Part shown: one piece after another, positions 1 to 7,216 of the stretch
Layout of the letters: every line of letters begins with the position of its first letter
Numbering within the stretch: position 1 is the first letter of the stretch
Source: Candidatus Hermodarchaeota archaeon
GTDB lineage: Archaea > Asgardarchaeota > Hermodarchaeia > Hermodarchaeales > Hermodarchaeaceae
Assembly: GCA_016839365.1 (NCBI GenBank)
Contig: JAEOUH010000075.1
Span: 1-12,509, forward strand
Length of the DNA stretch: 12,509 nucleotides
Direction of reading: 5' to 3'
The notes under the pieces: model-generated
What the model was told of the DNA's origin: nothing
Seen by the model: the letters and a program-made list of their open reading frames with translations, nothing else
The model's database searches: none
Translations under genes and position numbers: made by a program

Positions 1-386
1 AGTTTCTTTGCCACCGGAATGGGGGGTAAGGTTTGGCCTAACATACTCCCTAAAACGATTGTATCATCACCTTTCTCTAATAGAACACCTTCCTCTTCAG
101 ACACCCAGACTTCAAGGTCCTTTAATCGTCCTTTAAACTCAGGGGTTGACCCGGAATGGTCCAGATGGGTGTGTGTAAGGATTAGCCGATCCATTTGCTT
201 GAGTTTCAATCCAAGATCTTCGATGGCAGCAACGGTGTCTTTGAAGAAATGTTGGATTCCTGCATCAAAGAGCACAAAGTGATCACCGTCTTTGACTAAG
301 AAGATGTTACTATCAGGAAGCATCCCTTCACGTGCAACAATCCAGTAGAAACCATCTAACACTTTATGAACCAGTTTTGCAGCCAT
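1..386 (-). CDS. MBL-fold metallo-hydrolase, N-terminal part (runs off the window's left edge)
   Basis: Not in the ORF track. My translation from ATG 386 (in-frame alternatives at 401 and 407) is MAAKLVHKVLDGFYWIVAREGMLPDSNIFLVKDGDHFVLFDAGIQHFFKDTVAAIEDLGLKLKQMDRLILTHTHLDHSGS..., open to position 1. It has the SN-x-FL, hhhDAG and THxHxDH metal-binding motifs. Confidence 0.9.
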   Translation of the reverse strand, partial: MAAKLVHKVLDGFYWIVAREGMLPDSNIFLVKDGDHFVLFDAGIQHFFKDTVAAIEDLGLKLKQMDRLILTHTHLDHSGSTPEFKGRLKDLEVWVSEEEGVLLEKGDDTIVLGSMLGQTLPPIPVAKK

Positions 387-492
387 AATCAACAACGCCA
401 TAATCATGAGGGGTAATGCGGAGCGGGGGAATCATCTAGCGCTCTGTCCGTTGACCTCCATCAAAAGCTTTTGCCACTAACCGGGTATGATT

Positions 493-692
493 TTAACCTC
501 TTTTCTTTATATGCCCCCATAATATCCAGACCTAGAACAAGATGATATCTGGGCACATATCAATGGAGTACCCACCCTTATACTCAAATTACCCACAGGG
601 AGGTTGAGCTCTCCCAGATCCGCAACGGATCAGAAGAGGTACAAATCTCTTCGTCCCAGTCCTTAAGGCCCGCAAGGGCCTTAACCTCTTTT
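493..692. repeat. 12-bp direct repeat TTAACCTCTTTT at 493-504 and 681-692
   Basis: Two exact copies are visible in the sequence, each followed closely by TTAT. Confidence 0.75.
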
Positions 693-694
693 TT
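543..694 (+). ncRNA. candidate structured non-coding RNA (multi-hairpin, unknown family)
   Basis: Six stem-loops in 152 nt: 543-562, 566-585, 598-615, 617-631, 633-652 and 663-684. G.U extensions, the GCAA tetraloop and the trailing T6 all favour the + strand. TTTATAT at 506-512 is a possible TATA box. Confidence 0.5.
663..694 (+). terminator. GNRA-capped hairpin followed by a T-tract
   Basis: TTAAGGCCC-GCAA-GGGCCTTAA is a perfect 9-bp stem, followed by CCTC and TTTTTT (689-694), just before the stop of the convergent gene at 701. Confidence 0.6.
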
Positions 695-700
695 ATGATG

Positions 701-1273
701 CTATTGGTTCGAGAAGCGTTGGCAGAGCCATGGGTCAGCGCCTTGGTGGTAGCCGCGTTGTTCCCAATAACCGAGGACGACCTCTGTGAGGAAGCTGATG
801 CGGCGTACCCACTTTACGCTTTTCCAAGCATAGAGGCGGGGGACAACCAGGCGGACTGGCCACCCATCTTCGACGCGGAGGGGTTCATCGTTGCGGTTCC
901 ATGCCAGGAGAACGTCCTCTTCCATGGACACGTCTAGGTCAATACCTGACGTGTATTCATGTTCGGCATGGAACAGCACGAATGTCGCCGAGGGTTTCGG
1001 CTTGACAATTTTTGCGATTTCTTTGAACTGGACTCCTTCCCATTTGTTATCGGGAACTGACCAGGTTTCTACGCAGTGAAAATCGCTTAGCTGGGTTGTG
1101 ACGGGTAATGCTCGAAATTCGTTATATGAGAAAACGTGGGGATTTTCGACCTCTCCATCCACGGTGAGCGTCCAGGAATTAGGGTCGAAGGGTTCGGGCA
1201 TAGGTTCCGCCGTACGTACGAGGAACCCCGTGATCCATCGTTGACCCGGGGGAAGGCGTGGCTTGTGAGACAT
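701..1273 (-). CDS. sulfite oxidase-like molybdopterin-dependent oxidoreductase (Oxidored_molyb domain, YuiH-like, cytoplasmic)
   Basis: Motifs are RLPPGQ at the N-terminus, DFHCVETWS with the Mo-ligating Cys, WEGV, GWPVRLVVP, YAWKSVKW and GYWEQRGYH. There is no Tat signal. ATG 1273 (MSHKPRLPPGQ) is preferred over the track's TTG at 1339. Confidence 0.9.
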   Translation of the reverse strand: MSHKPRLPPGQRWITGFLVRTAEPMPEPFDPNSWTLTVDGEVENPHVFSYNEFRALPVTTQLSDFHCVETWSVPDNKWEGVQFKEIAKIVKPKPSATFVLFHAEHEYTSGIDLDVSMEEDVLLAWNRNDEPLRVEDGWPVRLVVPRLYAWKSVKWVRRISFLTEVVLGYWEQRGYHQGADPWLCQRFSNQ

Positions 1274-1428
1274 AGTTATCGCCTCAGCAGGTGTTTCGCA
1301 CGCTCTAAGTTCATATAGCCTTCGGATTTCTTCATACAATCAGTTTTACTCAAGTCTCTGGATGCCGCATTGAGTAGTGATAAAAAGCCGTTGAACAGGT
1401 TTCAGGTAATCCTGGAGGCTTTGACAAC

Positions 1429-1659
1429 ATGAAAAGTTACCTGAAAATCTATGTGAGTAGCGAAGGCGCTGCCCCAAGTGAAGTGGTTGAACGATTAATG
1501 CGAATGGGCTTTCAACCAGTAGCCGGTAACTATGACTTCGTCATTGAATGGGATGAGAATGGTTCGGTACAGGACATGATTGAAGTCGCAAATCAAGTCC
1601 ATGCTACACTCAAAGGATGCAAAGTCATTTTCAAGATGGAAACTGTGCCAACGAGATGA
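1429..1659 (+). CDS. small hypothetical protein (76 aa), resembles an uncharacterised archaeal family
   Basis: ATG preceded by GGAGG at 1414-1418. It has a protein-like alternating beta/alpha pattern (SEGAAPSEV, GF.P..GNYDF..EW, LKG..V.FK.ET) and fills the gap between opposite-strand genes. Confidence 0.85.
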   Translation: MKSYLKIYVSSEGAAPSEVVERLMRMGFQPVAGNYDFVIEWDENGSVQDMIEVANQVHATLKGCKVIFKMETVPTR

Positions 1660-1671
1660 ATTTGCTGTGGT

Positions 1672-2784
1672 CTACTGTTCAATGACTTTCGTGACAAATT
1701 TGCCATTCTTGTAGAAGAGCTCGTTATCGGCGTAGATCTTGCCATCCTTGGTCATATCGGCGAGAAGATCCCAATGAATCGCGGATTCATTCTTGCCCCC
1801 GCTTTCTTCAAAACCGTTACCAAGTGCACAGTGGATGGTTCCGGTTAGTTTCTCGTCAAACAAGATATTCTTCGTAAACTTCGTAATCCCTGGGTTCGTA
1901 CCAATGGCGATTTCACCTAAGCGTTTCGCGCCCTCATCGATCCCAAGAATGTGATCTAGGAGATCCTGACCCTTCTCAGCAGTAGCTTTGGTTACAAGTC
2001 CCTTCTCAAAGGTGAGGGAGACATTTTGGACTTCCTTTCCCATGAAAATTCCTGGATATGAGAAGCGGATTGTCCCTTCGACACTATCTTCAATGGGAGA
2101 TGTGAAGATTTCCCCATCAGGCATATTCAAGTGTCCATCAGCATTGACCCAGTTACGACCGGTGACTTTGGCAGTGAAGTCAACGTCTGCACTTTCAAAT
2201 CGGATGATGTTTTTTGTGTTGAGGTACTTGGTGATTTTAGCTTGGGTTTGGCTGATTTTTTGCCAAAGCTTCACTGGATTAGGTTTGTCGACCAAGCAGG
2301 CACCATACACGAAGTCTTCGTATTCTTCGGTTCCCATATTGCCCTCTTGTGCAAGGCTGGGAGAGGGATATGGGACTAACGCATACCAGCCTTGTTTGAG
2401 CCGGGCCGTGAAGCGTTTTTGCAGTTCGGTTTGGGCCTTAGCAGCGCGGGCTTGTTTGGCTGGATCGACATTAGCCATGGCTTTTCGGTTATCCGATGAG
2501 TAGATGACAATGTAGCTGTCGATTTTGTCAATCATATCAAGAATGAGAGGATTCACATAATCGAGTTGGTGGTCTTGGGCGTATTTATAAAAGATTTCTT
2601 GGGCGCGTGGGAGATAGATTCGGGTGAATGGATGACCACCAGCTTTCATGATTTCTCGGGTGAGTTCAAGGACGAGGGGTTCGCTGAAGGCGGGGGCGCT
2701 GATGCCGACGAGGTCGTCTTTTTTGACTCCCAGGGAGTATTCGACGATCAGTTGAGCAAGTCGTGATATTCGATCATCAACCAT
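1672..2784 (-). CDS. aminopeptidase, peptidase family M29 (AmpT/AmpS type)
   Basis: Metal-ligand motifs NMPDGEIFT, RLGEIAIG, LFDEK, GTIHCALG and SAIHWD are present. SD AGGTGG lies at 2791-2796 on the minus strand. Confidence 0.95.
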   Translation of the reverse strand: MVDDRISRLAQLIVEYSLGVKKDDLVGISAPAFSEPLVLELTREIMKAGGHPFTRIYLPRAQEIFYKYAQDHQLDYVNPLILDMIDKIDSYIVIYSSDNRKAMANVDPAKQARAAKAQTELQKRFTARLKQGWYALVPYPSPSLAQEGNMGTEEYEDFVYGACLVDKPNPVKLWQKISQTQAKITKYLNTKNIIRFESADVDFTAKVTGRNWVNADGHLNMPDGEIFTSPIEDSVEGTIRFSYPGIFMGKEVQNVSLTFEKGLVTKATAEKGQDLLDHILGIDEGAKRLGEIAIGTNPGITKFTKNILFDEKLTGTIHCALGNGFEESGGKNESAIHWDLLADMTKDGKIYADNELFYKNGKFVTKVIEQ

Positions 2785-2842
2785 AATTTTCCACCTTTGA
2801 AGGAATGCCCTTCATAGGTGATTGGGAGAAAAAGGTTTGGTT

Positions 2843-4072
2843 TCAGGAAAGGTTAGAAAGTAGTTCACTGGGTCTTTTTGTACGATTGAGGAACCGACCA
2901 CTGACACGTTGGGCGATGTGGTTAACAGTCTGGCTAGCCTGCGCTCGAACTCCACCCACTCCGTTACTGATGCCCCCCGCAATGCGGCTAAGCTGTTTGC
3001 GGACAATTGCCCAGCTGACGAAGGGTTCAAAGTCGTCAATGCGATCATAGATAGCATTGGTAAGCACAGAGGGGTGCGTGACAGTTAAATGCGCATTAAC
3101 CTGGTAGTCTTGGTCTTGAGCCTTGGATATGAAGGCTGCAACACTTTCCCTTGTTAAAATCGGTGCTACATGGGCACGGTCAAATTTTGCCAGTCGGTGA
3201 GCGTTGGTAGCTTGTTCAATGTGATTATCGAGAGGATTGAGATAAATGTGCTTTTTAAGCAGGATAGCTTCCCAGGAAGATGAGAAGCCCGCATGCATGA
3301 GGACGCCCTTGCTTGAAGCCATGTCTTGAAGGAAGGTTTGCCGACCTGTGGGTTCAAAGGAGACATGACCAAGTGTTTCCTTTCGGTGGTAACCATAGAC
3401 TTTGAACCGCTCCTCGGGGAACTTCTTCAAGACTTTGAGGACATGCTGTTCCCGAAGATAGGGGAGATATACACAATAATGGTCTTCCACTGTTGGGGTG
3501 TAGTCAAGTAATTCGAATTTCTCAAATAGTGGAAATAGGGTACCAATTCCTGATCGTTCCAATTCTTGGACAAAGTCGATGGCAAAATAATGATTACAGA
3601 GAGGCGTGCAATACAGAACTAAACCCATGCCCACGATTAAATCGTGGACTTGAACGGGTGGCAACACCTGTTTGAAGTGAATCAAGGAATGTTGATGATC
3701 AACGGAGATAACAGGTTTTTGAGTAGCCAACCCGGCCATACAGGAAAAGCCTTCAAAATCAGTAATAATGGCGTCATAATCTTCCTGCTTCACGAGCCGT
3801 CGAACATTTTCAAAAATTCGGGGGAAGTTACGAAAGTGTAACAGATTCTGTAGCAGTGTTTCAGGGACATTGATTCCTTGACCTGAAAATTTGATCTTAT
3901 ATCCAGGGATATGTCGCCAGCGACGGACTAGTGATTTAGCATACAATGGCGGTGTTGGTCCACTGAATAGACAGTCAACTTGGTGGCCATCAAACAGGAG
4001 TTGTCGAATGACATCACGGGCACGGTTGATATGTCCCTGCCCGTTTGTATTTATCCCATAGAGAAGTCTCAT
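2843..4072 (-). CDS. GT-B fold glycosyltransferase, MJ1255/VC2487 family
   Basis: N-terminal MRLLYGINTNGQGHINRA, then IITDFE, ISVDHQH, CVYLP, HAGFSSSWEA and EQATNA. ATG 4072 fits the family start better than the track's TTG at 4087. Confidence 0.88.
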   Translation of the reverse strand: MRLLYGINTNGQGHINRARDVIRQLLFDGHQVDCLFSGPTPPLYAKSLVRRWRHIPGYKIKFSGQGINVPETLLQNLLHFRNFPRIFENVRRLVKQEDYDAIITDFEGFSCMAGLATQKPVISVDHQHSLIHFKQVLPPVQVHDLIVGMGLVLYCTPLCNHYFAIDFVQELERSGIGTLFPLFEKFELLDYTPTVEDHYCVYLPYLREQHVLKVLKKFPEERFKVYGYHRKETLGHVSFEPTGRQTFLQDMASSKGVLMHAGFSSSWEAILLKKHIYLNPLDNHIEQATNAHRLAKFDRAHVAPILTRESVAAFISKAQDQDYQVNAHLTVTHPSVLTNAIYDRIDDFEPFVSWAIVRKQLSRIAGGISNGVGGVRAQASQTVNHIAQRVSGRFLNRTKRPSELLSNLS

Positions 4073-4310
4073 CAAGACTCGCCGCAATGCATTTTCTAAT
4101 TACTTAATGAGCAGGAAGTGTTCTCCCTGTATTCGACTACCATGAGTCTGAAGTGGGAACCTCGTTTCTCTCCAGGCTTTGCCACATCGTACACGGTTTA
4201 TTCCACTCAATATGGGCTAAGGTTATAGTCTCTGGGTTGACGTTTTAGTTTTCCCTATATATTAATATCCGACATAATCTCTATAGAAGCCGTAGACCCC
4301 TGGAAACAGG

Positions 4311-7157
4311 CTAAAAGTGGATTTCCCGGGTTCTAGCCACCCATTTTATAAGTTCCATTCCGACAACTGCGGGTACTGCAAGGGCGATAACAACGAGCCA
4401 ATCCAGGATGTTGAGGGGAACAAAGTAGAAATTAATTCCAATCCCTGCAAGAACTTCATTGAGTAGGGGACTGTACATGACTGCCAAGACCATGAGGAAT
4501 ACGAACGCAAGCATAAGATAGATGAACCAGTAGCTTTCGTCTCGGATTGAGTGAATGGCAGATCGATTGATGCGACGAATGCTTATTATCATTAGCGATT
4601 CGGTTATGACTAGGACGCATATAGTCATGACCGGAGCTTTCATAATATTGAGAGGATCTCCCGGAATTGTTCCGGGGAGTAGGGCGTAGAGAGTGCCAAA
4701 ATAAGCGATTGCGGCCCCGACGAATATGAGGATGGCGTTGATAATTAGGTAAGTGCCTAAGGGTCGTGTTATGACACCTTCGGTGTCACGGGGAGGTTCT
4801 GCCATGACGTATTTGGGATTAAGATCAAAGGTGAGGGCAAGCCCTGGCCAAGTGTGGCTGGAGATAGCCAAGAAGATATGTTGCCAGGAGGTCAAGAACC
4901 GGAGCCCAAGGTAGAAGGTTGCGAAGAAGATGATGGACTCTGCCACATTGATGGCGATGTAGAACAGAATCATTGCGCGGATTTTGTTAAATAAGCCACG
5001 GCCTTGTCGAACGCCTTCAACGATGGAATTGTAGCTATCATCAGCGATGATTAAGTCCGATGCTTCTTTAGCCACATCCGTGCCTGTGATCCCCATAGCA
5101 ATACCGACATCACTCATGCTCAGTGCCAAAGCATCATTAACCCCGTCACCTGTCATCGCCACAGCGTGTTTCGCTTTTTGGTACCGTTCGACGATTACTT
5201 GTTTATCTTCAGGATTAACGCGTGCGAATACACTTACTCTCCTGAAGTCATCGTCACTGATGGCAGGAGCTTCTTTTCCTTCAACAACGAGGTCCTTCTC
5301 GTTGACAATGGCAAGCTGTCGCCCAATGGTTTCAGCCGTTCCCGCAGCATCACCAGTGATCATGACAGTTCGGATGCCTGCATTTGCGACTTCTTCGACA
5401 GCATCACGAATTCCTTCACGTGGTGGGTCAACGATACAAACAAAGCCCAGATAGGTAAGTTGTTGTTCTATCTTATCTCGTGGATCCATGCCCTTTCCTG
5501 AGGGTAGTTCATCTAGATGCCGGATGGCGAAGGAAAGGACACGGTACCCGCCTTTAGCATAGGTGTCCGCGTACTTGTTGATTTCCTTGACTTGCTTCTT
5601 TGCTAGTCGTTTACTAGTACGGTCATCACCGATTGCCGTTGATCGCTCGAGGAGAACATCGGTTGCCCCTTTTACAAAGGCGATGTGTTCGCCTTCAGGA
5701 TTTCGGAACACACGGGTCATGCGTTTCAACCGAGAGTCAAAGGGATAATCTTGTTCTAACTGATAGGCTGAGTGGAGACTACTTTCGGGGATACCGCTCT
5801 TTCGAAGGAGGACAATGAGGGCGGCTTCGGTAGGATCGCCGATGACCTTCCATTGATTTTCAAACTCCGATTCTTCATCGAGGAGGACTTGCGCATCGTT
5901 GTTTAAGGCGCCCACGCGAACGAGTAATGACAATGTATTGTAATCTTCAATCTCAATAGGTTTTTCAAGACCTTTTTTCTCCACAACCAACTGAATTGTT
6001 CCTTTGGGACTATATCCTTCGCCAGTTACATGGAAAAGATTTGAGCCATCCCATACTAGGCTTACCATCATTTCGCTCCGTGTCAAGGTTCCTGTTTTAT
6101 CAGTGCAAATGACACTGACCCGACCAATGGTTTCGACTGCAGTTAGGTCACTGACGATAACACCCAGGGTAGCCATTCCCAGCACCCCAGTAAGGAGGAT
6201 GATTGTGGTGAGAAGGGGTATGTTGATTGGCGCTACGGTCATTGCGTTGATGATGGCTTCCATCGCGAGCTCTGGCGGTGTTAGGAAAAGCCCGTCTACA
6301 GGTCGGGGAAATACGATATAGGAGACAAATCCTAAAATTCCTAAGAAGAGAGCAGCTACACCCAGATAAACCGCCAAGCGATTGACCTTGCGTCGAAGAG
6401 GTATTTCCCCGGTGTTGAGGGTTTCAAGCCCTTCACTGATCTGACCTATTTCAGTATTCTGACCGATATTGGCTACAAGACAGCGTCCTGATCCTGTTGC
6501 GATATAAGTTCCACTATACACCATGTTCGACCGTTCATGCAGCGGAATAGCTCGGGGTAATGGGTTTATACTGACTTCTTTTTCTACAGGAGCACTCTCA
6601 CCGGTAAGTGAAGCTTCGACTACTGACAGATGGTTAGCCTCAATGAGCCGGCCGTCAGCGGGAATCTTGTCTCCTTGAGAAAGGACAACAACGTCACCAG
6701 GAACCACATCCTTGGTGTCAATCTCCTTCTTCAGGCCTTCGCGAATGACTATCGTTGTATCTGCCGTCAGAGATTGCAGGGCTTCCAGTTTCTTTTGCGC
6801 ACGATACTGCTGGATGATGGCCAAGATGGCATTGAAAACAATGACGACTACCCAGATAAGAGCCTGCTCTATACCAGGGGTGTTGAAAACCAGCACAAGG
6901 ACTGCCATCAAACAAATTGCAACCAGATAAATGAGAATCAACCCATTCAGGATGGGAGCTAGATAGACGCGCCAGAAGGAGCCACGAATCCTTGGGAGTT
7001 GATTTGACCCAAAGATGTCCAACCGCTTTTGGGCTTCTCCACTCATGAGCCCGTTCTCCAAATCAGCGTGCAGTTGTTGTGCTAGTTCTTCTAGGGGTTG
7101 GCTGTGTGGGTCGTGAATACCCTCTTGTTCTGATTGAGATTCTCCGCTGGAAGACAT
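4311..7157 (-). CDS. P-type ATPase, P2A/SERCA-like scaffold with a non-canonical transport site
   Basis: Motifs are VPGD, PADGR, LTGES, DKTGTLT (D353), GDPTE, FDSRLKRM, KGA, DPPR, MITGD, FARVNPEDK and TGDGVND, with about 10 hydrophobic segments. SD AGGAGTG lies at 7162-7168 on the minus strand. Confidence 0.96.
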   Translation of the reverse strand: MSSSGESQSEQEGIHDPHSQPLEELAQQLHADLENGLMSGEAQKRLDIFGSNQLPRIRGSFWRVYLAPILNGLILIYLVAICLMAVLVLVFNTPGIEQALIWVVVIVFNAILAIIQQYRAQKKLEALQSLTADTTIVIREGLKKEIDTKDVVPGDVVVLSQGDKIPADGRLIEANHLSVVEASLTGESAPVEKEVSINPLPRAIPLHERSNMVYSGTYIATGSGRCLVANIGQNTEIGQISEGLETLNTGEIPLRRKVNRLAVYLGVAALFLGILGFVSYIVFPRPVDGLFLTPPELAMEAIINAMTVAPINIPLLTTIILLTGVLGMATLGVIVSDLTAVETIGRVSVICTDKTGTLTRSEMMVSLVWDGSNLFHVTGEGYSPKGTIQLVVEKKGLEKPIEIEDYNTLSLLVRVGALNNDAQVLLDEESEFENQWKVIGDPTEAALIVLLRKSGIPESSLHSAYQLEQDYPFDSRLKRMTRVFRNPEGEHIAFVKGATDVLLERSTAIGDDRTSKRLAKKQVKEINKYADTYAKGGYRVLSFAIRHLDELPSGKGMDPRDKIEQQLTYLGFVCIVDPPREGIRDAVEEVANAGIRTVMITGDAAGTAETIGRQLAIVNEKDLVVEGKEAPAISDDDFRRVSVFARVNPEDKQVIVERYQKAKHAVAMTGDGVNDALALSMSDVGIAMGITGTDVAKEASDLIIADDSYNSIVEGVRQGRGLFNKIRAMILFYIAINVAESIIFFATFYLGLRFLTSWQHIFLAISSHTWPGLALTFDLNPKYVMAEPPRDTEGVITRPLGTYLIINAILIFVGAAIAYFGTLYALLPGTIPGDPLNIMKAPVMTICVLVITESLMIISIRRINRSAIHSIRDESYWFIYLMLAFVFLMVLAVMYSPLLNEVLAGIGINFYFVPLNILDWLVVIALAVPAVVGMELIKWVARTREIHF

Positions 7158-7190
7158 CCGGCACTCCTAGATGGGCTTGTGTGATAAATG

Positions 7191-7197
7191 CTTAAAA
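7191..7197 (-). promoter_or_regulatory. putative archaeal TATA box for the P-type ATPase
   Basis: TTTTAAG on the minus strand, about 35 nt upstream of ATG 7157, leaving room for a short leader containing the SD. Confidence 0.45.
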
Positions 7198-7216
7198 GTG
7201 AATTGCGAGGTGCAAT

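Noticed and set aside
19-282. 87-aa + strand ORF in the track
   Set aside because: It is the antisense shadow of the minus-strand MBL-fold gene.
420-466. Minus-strand TTGATGGAGGTCAA...GCTAGATGATTCC resembling a fluoride (crcB) riboswitch
   Set aside because: P1 is weak, the pseudoknot pairing is imperfect, the terminal CUAC is missing and the downstream gene is not fluoride-related. A cmsearch would settle it.
598-660. tRNA-like cloverleaf, SECIS or hammerhead reading of the hairpin cluster
   Set aside because: There is no acceptor stem, T-loop or 7-nt anticodon loop, no CUGAUGA/GAAA core, and no in-frame UGA in neighbouring genes.
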